32,846 bases of DNA from a virus (lineage: Duplodnaviria; Heunggongvirae; Uroviricota; Caudoviricetes). Positions 1-7,882 of this stretch are shown here, in pieces. The number at the start of each line of letters is the position of its first letter. The stretch's first letter is position 1. The notes under the pieces were generated by a model that saw only the letters and a program-made list of their open reading frames with translations, was not told where the DNA came from and ran no database searches. Where the stretch lies: positions 64,001 to 96,846 of IMG/VR virus record IMGVR_UViG_3300014205_008670; one strand, written 5' to 3'. The translations under genes and the position numbers were made by a program.

Positions 1-10
1 TAAACACAAA

Positions 11-40
11 TAAAGGTGATACTTCCTATAAGTCGGAATA
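11..40 (+). promoter_or_regulatory. Degenerate copy of the AAGG-N17-TAGAAT promoter-like motif (TAAAGG-N17-CGGAAT)
   Basis: AAGG at 13-16 and GAAT at 36-39, the same offset as the two perfect copies, ~40 nt upstream of the ATG at 81. The first two bases of the downstream box differ. Confidence 0.3.
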
Positions 41-80
41 CGATTATATGTAAATAATATTTATAGGACGTGAAAATTCT

Positions 81-1265
81 ATGATTGAACTTGATTTCAT
101 AAAAGAAATTCCAATAGGAATATATGGAATTTTTTTGTTTTTATATTTGTTTAGTCAGATACTATACTCTATTCTTGAGAAAAACAAACAAAATAAAGTT
201 AAAGATATTATATTAGAAAACTTTCCATTTGTTTCAATATTGGTGCCATTTTACAATGAGGAAGAAAAAGAGTTAGACGAAGCAATACAATCTTTATTGG
301 ACTTAGATTATCCAAAGGATAAATACGAAATATTGTTAATGGATGATGGATCTGACAACAATGTTTCTGAATATATTGTCAATAAATATAAAAATGAAAT
401 AAAAATATTTTATCAAAAAAATAAAGGTAAAAGAGAAGCACAATATGCCCTAACAAAAGTCAGGGATGATCGTGCCATTTTTTACCTTACAGTTGATAGT
501 GATAGTGTTTTGAATAAGAACTGTTTAAAGGAAATTGTAAAGACAGCAGTTTTATTTCAGTGTGAGGCTGTAACTGGAGGAATTTTAGCGAAAAAACAAA
601 ATAATTTTTTAAACAGACTTCTCAGGATACGTTATTGGACAGCAAACTGGCAAGAAAGATTATCTCAAAGTTATTTTAACCAAATTGGATGTTGTTCTGG
701 TCCATGTAGTCTTTGGAATGCTGAAATTTTTGATAAGGTAAGTGACGAATATATATCACAAATGTTTTTAGGGAAAAAATGTACCTATGGTGATGATCGT
801 CATATGACAAATCTTTTCTTAAGAGAAAATTGTAAAATGAAAATGTCAAATATTGCATATTGTTATACAACTACTCCGGAAACTTGGAAAAAATGGATGA
901 AACAACAATTTAGATGGTCCAAATCTTTTTATAGAGAAAGTATTTGGATTACCTTAAACTTAAAAGGAAAAATTTGTTGGTTTTTTATATATCAAAATAC
1001 TATATCATTTTTGTTACCATTTATCTTACTGTCAAACTTATTTATTTATTTAATATTTTATTCTCCAACAAAATTTGCTATTTTTCTATATTTACTTTCT
1101 GTATTTTTATCGGGCTTAATTCGTGGATTATATAGCTTTTTTTGTACTAAAGACCCTACTTATTTTTTGGCTCCAATTTATGGTTTTGTTCACTTTATTA
1201 TCGTATTTCCAATAAAGATAATGGCCTTGTTTAAACTGAAAGATACAAGTTGGGGGACAAGGTAG
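81..1265 (+). CDS. Hyaluronan synthase / NodC-like processive GT2 glycosyltransferase, membrane-bound
   Basis: Motifs PFYNE, DDGS, NKGKREAQ, TVDSD, CCSGPC, QMFLG..GDDRHMTN, QQFRWSKSFYRE (QxxRW), a C-terminal TM bundle and terminal SWGTR. These are collinear with streptococcal HasA and rhizobial NodC; GDDRH and WGTR are the HAS-type variants. Confidence 0.85.
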   Translation: MIELDFIKEIPIGIYGIFLFLYLFSQILYSILEKNKQNKVKDIILENFPFVSILVPFYNEEEKELDEAIQSLLDLDYPKDKYEILLMDDGSDNNVSEYIVNKYKNEIKIFYQKNKGKREAQYALTKVRDDRAIFYLTVDSDSVLNKNCLKEIVKTAVLFQCEAVTGGILAKKQNNFLNRLLRIRYWTANWQERLSQSYFNQIGCCSGPCSLWNAEIFDKVSDEYISQMFLGKKCTYGDDRHMTNLFLRENCKMKMSNIAYCYTTTPETWKKWMKQQFRWSKSFYRESIWITLNLKGKICWFFIYQNTISFLLPFILLSNLFIYLIFYSPTKFAIFLYLLSVFLSGLIRGLYSFFCTKDPTYFLAPIYGFVHFIIVFPIKIMALFKLKDTSWGTR

Positions 1266-1294
1266 TTATATAAAATTTAGAAGTGTAAAAATAT

Positions 1295-1801
1295 ATGATT
1301 GTACAAAAAAATGCAGTCTTACTTTTAAATGCTGATTATAGTTTTTTAAATACTATAGATATAAAAAAATCTCTTTCTTTATGGGCTCGTGGAAAAGCAA
1401 AAATATTAAAATCCGGAAAAAGAATTGTTCATCCAAAGTTAAATATTTCTTTGCCCGAAGTTATGATTTTAATAAATTATGTTCATATACCATATAGGTC
1501 TAATCATATCAAACTTTCAAAAGAAACATTAATGTTAAGAGATGGATTTGTTTGTCAATATTCAGGAAGAAGACTTAGAAAATCTGAAATTGAAATAGAC
1601 CACGTAATTCCTAAATCTCGTGGAGGTAAGGATACTTGGGAAAATCTTGTTGTTTCTTCTTCTGAAATAAATAACTTTAAGGGCAATAAAACCCCAGAAG
1701 AGGCTGGAATAAAGTTAATACGAAAACCATTTAGACCTACACTAAAAGATATTATTTCTTATATAAAGAAAGATGAGTGGTGTGAGTATTTAAACGAATA
1801 A
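1295..1801 (+). CDS. HNH endonuclease (McrA/HNH_5-like with N-terminal VLLLNADY extension)
   Basis: RDGFVCQYSG...IDHVIPKSRGGKDTWENLVV...NNFKGNKTPEEAG. Confidence 0.9.
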   Translation: MIVQKNAVLLLNADYSFLNTIDIKKSLSLWARGKAKILKSGKRIVHPKLNISLPEVMILINYVHIPYRSNHIKLSKETLMLRDGFVCQYSGRRLRKSEIEIDHVIPKSRGGKDTWENLVVSSSEINNFKGNKTPEEAGIKLIRKPFRPTLKDIISYIKKDEWCEYLNE

Positions 1802-2506
1802 ATATTTTTCATTCGAATAAATTTCTTCTATTATTAGAATTTGTTTTTTTCTATATTGATTCCATATTTTTTTGTTTTCTTTTAAATATTTTTCAAATTC
1901 AGAAAAAACATATTCTTTAGAATTTATTAAATAAATAACTTCATCTTTACTAAAAAACATATTTCTCATTAGTCTAACAAATCCTTCATACTCTCCAAAA
2001 AAAGCTTTTTTCTCAATTGTCAATTCAAAATATTCTTTTTTTTGATCTTTACTTGAAAGTGATGTTAGTTTTTTATTTTTTTCAAAACAATATTCTGCAT
2101 AAAATCTATTATTAAATAGCGGATCAAAAACATGAACAATTTCATGGATAATAGTTTTCGTTAATAACATTATTGTATTTGACTTATTAGAAAACATATT
2201 CTCAATATCTTCTTGTAATATTTTTGAGTTTTTACCAAATTTACCTAAAATATTTGGTAAATAAATATCTATATAGAAGATGTTGTTTGTTTTTTTAATT
2301 GTCGCACAATTGTTATCGCAATTTTTAAAAAAAACTTTAAAAACAACATTTGTTTTTCTTGAACATTTTAAAAACCTTGAAATTCTATATGATAGTGTAA
2401 ACATTTTTAAATTTTTATTTTTTTTTTCTAGCTTATATTTTATTTTCTCTAAAATACATGATGTTACGTCTTTTGTTAAGGTCCACATATAATCTTTAAC
2501 GATCAT
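1790..2506 (-). CDS. Hypothetical protein with HExxH...ExxA zinc-metallopeptidase-like motif
   Basis: 238-aa ORF; TIIHEIVHVFD followed later by IEKKAF. Stop overlaps the convergent HNH gene end. Confidence 0.55.
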   Translation of the reverse strand: MIVKDYMWTLTKDVTSCILEKIKYKLEKKNKNLKMFTLSYRISRFLKCSRKTNVVFKVFFKNCDNNCATIKKTNNIFYIDIYLPNILGKFGKNSKILQEDIENMFSNKSNTIMLLTKTIIHEIVHVFDPLFNNRFYAEYCFEKNKKLTSLSSKDQKKEYFELTIEKKAFFGEYEGFVRLMRNMFFSKDEVIYLINSKEYVFSEFEKYLKENKKIWNQYRKKQILIIEEIYSNEKYLFV

Positions 2507-2932
2507 TTATTCCTCAATTTCGCAGGAGAAATTCTTTCCCCTCCATAATATAATTTTTAAATTAGAAATTAAAGATAGCTGACTTGCAAATGGTAAAATA
2601 TCACTTTCGAACTCAAATGGAACTATAATTAGTTTATATTTTTTTTTATTCTTATTTATGATCTCACTAAAATCAACAAAATATTCATCAAATAACCAAT
2701 CTATCTTTTTGCTTTTAAAAAACTTTATTAAAGGAAGAGCGTCTTTGATAATAACACAAGGACTTTTTGGAAAATGATATTGAACAAAATGCTCAATTAA
2801 TATTTTTAAGAAAGAAGAACCTTGCTCTTCGTAAGCAATGTCTAGCTCTTCTTTAGCAATATCTTTATTGTTTGATATGTATAGGTCATAAAGATCATTA
2901 ACTGATGCGCAAACAGGGGTAAGATTACTCAT
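2507..2932 (-). CDS. Hypothetical protein
   Basis: 141-aa ORF; its stop directly abuts the next start (TAA-ATG); AGGAG-type SD upstream. No family recognised. Confidence 0.65.
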   Translation of the reverse strand: MSNLTPVCASVNDLYDLYISNNKDIAKEELDIAYEEQGSSFLKILIEHFVQYHFPKSPCVIIKDALPLIKFFKSKKIDWLFDEYFVDFSEIINKNKKKYKLIIVPFEFESDILPFASQLSLISNLKIILWRGKNFSCEIEE

Positions 2933-2935
2933 CTT

Positions 2936-3403
2936 TTACTCCCCAGAAGTAAGACTATTTATATAGTCAAGCTCCTGTGCAACAAGAATATAAACCATCT
3001 CTCTATCGAATCCTTTTTGCTCTAAATTGTCTTTAAAACATTGAAGATATTCGACTTTAGTATTAATATATTCTTCGAAAGAATGTTTGTTTTTCCCTTT
3101 TTCTATTTTATTTAAAATTATTTCATTTTCTTTTTTTATTTCAAAAGAAGTTTTTGTATAACTCTTTTCATTTTTTGCTTTTTCGTAAAAAAAGCCAAGC
3201 ATTTCTTTAGCTAAATTTTCATTAATAAAACATAAAGATTCGTAAATTTCTATAATTTTTTCATTTCCTAAACTAGGAACTATTTGTGTTTTAAATTCTA
3301 TCCGACTCTGCTCGTCAAAGCCAAACCAAATTGATGGAATGTAAGCAAAATCTTTTTCTAAAAAAAATTCTAGAATTTGTTGAAATTTATTTGAAGGATT
3401 CAT
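2936..3403 (-). CDS. Hypothetical protein
   Basis: 155-aa ORF with ATGA overlap with the upstream gene. No family recognised. Confidence 0.65.
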   Translation of the reverse strand: MNPSNKFQQILEFFLEKDFAYIPSIWFGFDEQSRIEFKTQIVPSLGNEKIIEIYESLCFINENLAKEMLGFFYEKAKNEKSYTKTSFEIKKENEIILNKIEKGKNKHSFEEYINTKVEYLQCFKDNLEQKGFDREMVYILVAQELDYINSLTSGE

Positions 3404-3600
3404 TTTAGTTCTTCTAATATTTTTTTTCCCGACTCGGTAATTGAGTATACTTTTTTATTTCCAGAAACTTCTAAAACAGTAATATATTCTTCTTTTTTTA
3501 AATATTCATTAACACAATCTGGATCTCTTAATTCTTTTGGAGAACTACTAATTTCTTCTAATCTTTTTATTGGGTTTTGAAAAGCAAAGTTACTTGTCAT
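3400..3600 (-). CDS. Small winged-helix-like protein
   Basis: 66 aa, ATGA overlaps on both sides. C-terminal KKVYSITESGKKILEEL resembles the wing/final helix of PadR/MarR-type wHTH domains. Confidence 0.5.
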   Translation of the reverse strand: MTSNFAFQNPIKRLEEISSSPKELRDPDCVNEYLKKEEYITVLEVSGNKKVYSITESGKKILEELK

Positions 3601-4208
3601 AAGCAGATTTCCTTTTTTATTTTTTCACAAATTATTTTTGAAATATTTTCAAACTCATTATGGTGCAAATGTATTATGTTGTCATTTACTGAAAGATCAA
3701 TATTCCAAGGCCATTTTGGAACAACCACCAATACATTTTTTCTATTATTTAATACAGGAATTATTGCGTCTGGATCATCTTCAAAATATATGGAATTATC
3801 TTCAATTGCTAAATATTTATGTTTAGTATCAACCGTAATAACAGGAGTATCATTCCCCAAAATATCGTGAATAATTTTTTCAACATTTTTTCTAGTTGAT
3901 CTTGCTGTTATAACAATAACTTCATTCCCAATTCTTTTTTGAAATAGTAAAAAATCATAAATTCCGTCAAAACAATCTGTTTTATATATTCCTCCTAATT
4001 CATTTGCAATATAAACCAAATCTTCTGTAAGTTCTTTAGATAAAGAATAACTTTCTATATATGGATCTAATGGTCTTTTATGTTTGTCTTTAAATATAGA
4101 CTTCCTATAATTTGTTGCATAAGAAATTTTTAAATATTTAATAATAGCCTTCTCATAGCTCACACTGTAATTGTGTAGAACATAATCAAAATCAGTATAG
4201 ATTTTCAT
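3597..4208 (-). CDS. HAD-superfamily 5'(3')-deoxyribonucleotidase-like phosphatase (NT5C-like)
   Basis: Motif I YTDFDYVL, motif II VITAR, motif IV YFEDDP, C-terminal PWN. Start moved from 4214 to the second ATG (4208), which has an AAGGA SD at suitable spacing. Confidence 0.75.
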   Translation of the reverse strand: MKIYTDFDYVLHNYSVSYEKAIIKYLKISYATNYRKSIFKDKHKRPLDPYIESYSLSKELTEDLVYIANELGGIYKTDCFDGIYDFLLFQKRIGNEVIVITARSTRKNVEKIIHDILGNDTPVITVDTKHKYLAIEDNSIYFEDDPDAIIPVLNNRKNVLVVVPKWPWNIDLSVNDNIIHLHHNEFENISKIICEKIKKEICL

Positions 4209-4230
4209 ATACATCCTTTATTGTGTAATA

Positions 4231-4677
4231 TTACTTTAGATCTACAATTTTATTTACTGGTAAAACATAAAAATAAATTTTATGATTTTCAATCCAGTCA
4301 CCATAGTCTCCAGACCTTTCAACCTGACACATTGTTGTTGTAAGGTTTGAGGAAGTAATATTTGACACTATAAAGTTCATGGGATCAAGAACGCTAGACC
4401 CTTTTAGGCCAACATCTGAGGATTGTAGTTTTTTATAATTTTCTGTTATTTTATAAGCCAAATTAATTGGCTCATTTTCTTCGTTTAAAATTTTTATTTT
4501 TTGTGCAACCTCAATAAGAGCTTCTGAAAAATCCTTCGCCTCAATATGGTAGAAACAATCAGATCTTTGAATTTCACACGGTTCTTGACTCTCGGAAAAA
4601 GCTGGCTCAAGTTTAAAAGAACATTCTTCTACAACAAATTTAGAACACTCATCAATTACATGAATTAAAAATTTCAT
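4231..4677 (-). CDS. Hypothetical protein
   Basis: 148-aa ORF with strong AAGGAG SD. No family recognised. Confidence 0.7.
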   Translation of the reverse strand: MKFLIHVIDECSKFVVEECSFKLEPAFSESQEPCEIQRSDCFYHIEAKDFSEALIEVAQKIKILNEENEPINLAYKITENYKKLQSSDVGLKGSSVLDPMNFIVSNITSSNLTTTMCQVERSGDYGDWIENHKIYFYVLPVNKIVDLK

Positions 4678-4701
4678 GTTTATTTTTATTCTCCTTTATA
4701 A

Positions 4702-7371
4702 TTATACTTTAGTAGGATTATTGTACTCATCAAGATGAAGTTTTTCTTTAAACTTCATTGTATCAGTAAAACTAACATCGTGCAAGTCTGTGGCATCTTT
4801 AATTTCTTGTTCTTTGAAAATCAAAGCTTTTTCATAAATATTTCTTGCACCGGCATTAAAAATTTCTATTCGTTCGTCATCATCATTTGCCGATTGAGCC
4901 ACAGTTAAAAGTTCTTGTAATTTTGGTTCCAAGAACCTAATAACATCTAAAACTATATGTTCACCATTAATTTTACTTGAGGATACTTGATACTCTTCTA
5001 CTTCTCCCTTTAAACAATCAACATAACTAATGTTTTCATTTTCCGACTTATTCTTACAATAATTTTTAAACTCTTCGTCACTTGACATTAAAAAAGCATC
5101 TATAAAAAGCTCATCTAAATTCCATACTAAATCTTTTATTTTTTCAAGAAATACTTCGCCACTCTTCTTGTCTATTATTTTCTCGAAAAGAGGATGTTCC
5201 TGAACTGCGAATAGAACATCAAGTTCTCCTGCGGTCAACCTACTTAGGCCATTTTTGTCCATTATCCAAGATGAAATTTTCATTGAATCCAACCTTGTGG
5301 ATGAATGTTTACTCCACCTTTTTTTAGCCCTTTCTCTTTGTTTTTCACTAAAAGCTCTTTCTCCCAATTCTTCTCTTTCTTTTTTTATTTTTGTTTTTGC
5401 TGTTTCACTTTGATAGTCACTATATCCTTCTTTTCCCTTTTCCTTTTTTAATCTTTTATGTCTATCTTTTCCACCATATTCATAGGAGCCTTCTTCTTTT
5501 GTTTTCTTTTTGTGTTTATCTTTTTTTACCCATTCTAAATTTTCTTTTGTATCAGTTCCCTTTTTCCATCTAGGAATTTTGTGATCTAACTCATAATGAC
5601 CCTTGCCTTTTGGTTTGTCAGGAATTTCTTTTGCTTTTATTCTAGGTCTTCCAGATATCTTAGAATATGAACTAATAACTTTTTTTTTACCGCTTTCAGT
5701 TAGTTTTAACAAAACACTTAAGCTAGAAGTTGTTGGTGGTATAGATCTATTCACTGGTTCTAAAGTTGTATTTTCTTGAATCCCGTTAGAAACCATTGTT
5801 TCTAAAAATTGTTGAAATTCTCCAGTATCTATTTCTTCAGAAGAATACCAATATTCATCTAAAACATCTTTTTCTTTTTGTTCCCAATATTTATCATCTT
5901 TTTTTAATAAGTGGGGGTTTGCATAAACATATAAAGGAATAAAGTCTTTTACATGCTCAAGAATGCTAGATACTTTTACACTCTCTTCGTTAACTATGTT
6001 TTCTTCTAAATTGTTTGGGTTGTAAACAACGTCTTCCGGCAACGTTGCATCTGCATTTGTGTTATCTGTAACGTCTATTATATTTCTTATATCGTCATCT
6101 ACAAATAGAACACGTTTTTCGTTTGGAATAAACATACTTTTTGGAAAATCATGTGCAATAACAATCATTTCCTTAAAGTAACCCAATATATTAAATCCCT
6201 TTAAAATTTGTATGACTGGCTGATCTTGATATTGAACTCCACTTTTTTCAGAATGACTAATTAAGCCTATCTTTTTATCTTTATAGAATAACCCAGCCAG
6301 CATACTACGTACACCATCTTTCAGAACAATTTTTTTACCGTTAGAATCAGTAACAGTGTTTTCTTCAAAAGTAAAAGGCGAATTCATTTCATATGCCTTT
6401 TCACCATCCCAAAGTGTTTTATCAGCATCAAATATAAAAACATCATAGTCATCTTGAGTTATTTTTTTATATTTAGATGCATAATAGTTCATACCCATTT
6501 CACCAAGAGTTTCAGATATCCTTTCTATAATATTATTGTTTAGTAAAATCCAATTATCAATATTTACATTTGAGTTAAATATAGACTTTAATGCCAATAG
6601 AATTTTTGTTTTTTGATTTTTAGAAATATCTATATCTGAATATCTAGGAAGTGCCAGTTGGGCAGCAATTTTTAATTTTTCTTCATTTACATTTTCCGTT
6701 AAGCCTATAGAACAATCCAACATCTCTCTTCCTATCTCAGAAAGATATTTGTTGTAAGAATTTATCTCACTAACTACATTTATATTGTGTTCTGGAAGAT
6801 TTTCTATTTCGTAGTCCCAGTTACTTTCTTTTCCAGCTTTTTTTACTATTCCTTCATGCTGATGAAAATGATTTTCAACATCATGAAAAACCAATCCATA
6901 TGGTTTGGCATCTACGAAATTTTCATGAGAACTATCGCTGTTATATCTTTTTCTAAGATCTAAAGATTCAGGTTGGTTTATAACACTATATTTTTTTTCG
7001 TAATTTTGCATTAAGTTCCAAATATCAGCCACAATTAAAACACTATGTTTTCTTCCAAGTTCCGCCTGCTTTTTAAAACCATCTATGTCTGAAGCTAGGT
7101 TTGTAAAAAATTCTTTAGCAGACTCTTTTGTTTTAAATGTAATGTAATTTCTTTGAAGAACTTGACCTATTAAGTCATTTTTAAGTAGGAACGATACCCT
7201 ATATAGGTTTTCACCCCAAGGAGATAACATAATATCGGCTGTAAGAGGGGAAGAATATTTATCAACAGCGGCCATGGATATTTTTTTATTTTCTTTATCT
7301 TCTTCATTTTCAGTATTATAGATATTTATTGTTCCACTATTATTCTGAATATTTATTTCTTGTTTTGACAT
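4702..7371 (-). CDS. 889-aa multidomain protein: MDP-1-type HAD phosphatase + HNH nuclease domain
   Basis: VFIFDADKTLWDG..PF....TDSNGKKIVLKDGVRSML..ISHS..FVDDD (~6050-6450) matches magnesium-dependent phosphatase-1, especially the archaeal form. YELDHKIPRWKKGTDTKENLEWVKKDKHKKKT (~5500-5600) is an HNH motif. Flanking regions not recognised. Confidence 0.75.
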   Translation of the reverse strand: MSKQEINIQNNSGTINIYNTENEEDKENKKISMAAVDKYSSPLTADIMLSPWGENLYRVSFLLKNDLIGQVLQRNYITFKTKESAKEFFTNLASDIDGFKKQAELGRKHSVLIVADIWNLMQNYEKKYSVINQPESLDLRKRYNSDSSHENFVDAKPYGLVFHDVENHFHQHEGIVKKAGKESNWDYEIENLPEHNINVVSEINSYNKYLSEIGREMLDCSIGLTENVNEEKLKIAAQLALPRYSDIDISKNQKTKILLALKSIFNSNVNIDNWILLNNNIIERISETLGEMGMNYYASKYKKITQDDYDVFIFDADKTLWDGEKAYEMNSPFTFEENTVTDSNGKKIVLKDGVRSMLAGLFYKDKKIGLISHSEKSGVQYQDQPVIQILKGFNILGYFKEMIVIAHDFPKSMFIPNEKRVLFVDDDIRNIIDVTDNTNADATLPEDVVYNPNNLEENIVNEESVKVSSILEHVKDFIPLYVYANPHLLKKDDKYWEQKEKDVLDEYWYSSEEIDTGEFQQFLETMVSNGIQENTTLEPVNRSIPPTTSSLSVLLKLTESGKKKVISSYSKISGRPRIKAKEIPDKPKGKGHYELDHKIPRWKKGTDTKENLEWVKKDKHKKKTKEEGSYEYGGKDRHKRLKKEKGKEGYSDYQSETAKTKIKKEREELGERAFSEKQRERAKKRWSKHSSTRLDSMKISSWIMDKNGLSRLTAGELDVLFAVQEHPLFEKIIDKKSGEVFLEKIKDLVWNLDELFIDAFLMSSDEEFKNYCKNKSENENISYVDCLKGEVEEYQVSSSKINGEHIVLDVIRFLEPKLQELLTVAQSANDDDERIEIFNAGARNIYEKALIFKEQEIKDATDLHDVSFTDTMKFKEKLHLDEYNNPTKV

Positions 7372-7411
7372 AAAATTAAATTCTCTTTAAAATGAATCAA
7401 TATTTACTATA

Positions 7412-7440
7412 ATTCTAATTTTATTCAAATATATCCTTTA
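7412..7440 (-). promoter_or_regulatory. Putative phage promoter TAAAGG-N17-TAGAAT
   Basis: Minus strand: AAGG (7438-7435), 17-nt spacer, TAGAAT (7417-7412), ~40 nt upstream of the 889-aa gene start. Same architecture as the copy at 19842-19868. Confidence 0.55.
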
Positions 7441-7882
7441 TAGAGGATATTACAATTTCAGGTCTTACAAAACAGTCTTCGTCAAAATCTTCTTGATGCC
7501 ATTGGTCAAACTGAAATTTCCTTAAATATTTTCTGTCTTTTACTAAATTAATATTATCCTTATATCCAAAAATATTTGGATCAGATTTTGACCAAATAAC
7601 AACACCCTTTTTATTTCTATAATTTGCAATATGCTGGAAATAGGAGTCTACAGAAATCCAACTGTCACAATTATCTATTTCAAAACATAATTCTTTAAAG
7701 ATTTTGTCTAAAATAAATCCACTTATATTATTAAATTTATTTTCTTTAGAAATTCCAACTTGATATATGCTATAGCTTTTAGAAAGTTCGTCTATTACAT
7801 TTTGCCACCAAGGATAATTCTTAGGATTAGTCTTGTCATTATTTAAAATTGAAGAATATGGCGCTATTAATATTTTTTTCAT
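7421..7882 (-). CDS. GT9 (heptosyltransferase-like) C-terminal Rossmann half
   Basis: ILIAPYS..KNYPWWQNVIDEL..IYQVG..WISVDSYFQHIA..GVVIWSKSDPNIFGY..NINL; TAATG coupling to the upstream glycosyltransferase gene. Confidence 0.7.
   Translation of the reverse strand: MKKILIAPYSSILNNDKTNPKNYPWWQNVIDELSKSYSIYQVGISKENKFNNISGFILDKIFKELCFEIDNCDSWISVDSYFQHIANYRNKKGVVIWSKSDPNIFGYKDNINLVKDRKYLRKFQFDQWHQEDFDEDCFVRPEIVISSIKDIFE

Noticed and set aside
1259-1283. AAGG...TAGAAG upstream of the HNH gene as another promoter copy
   Set aside because: The spacer is 15 nt rather than 17 and the last base differs.
4700-4735. Sigma70 promoter (TATAAT) upstream of 4231-4677
   Set aside because: TATAAT overlaps the upstream stop codon in very AT-rich DNA and no TTGACA-like box lies at 16-18 nt spacing.
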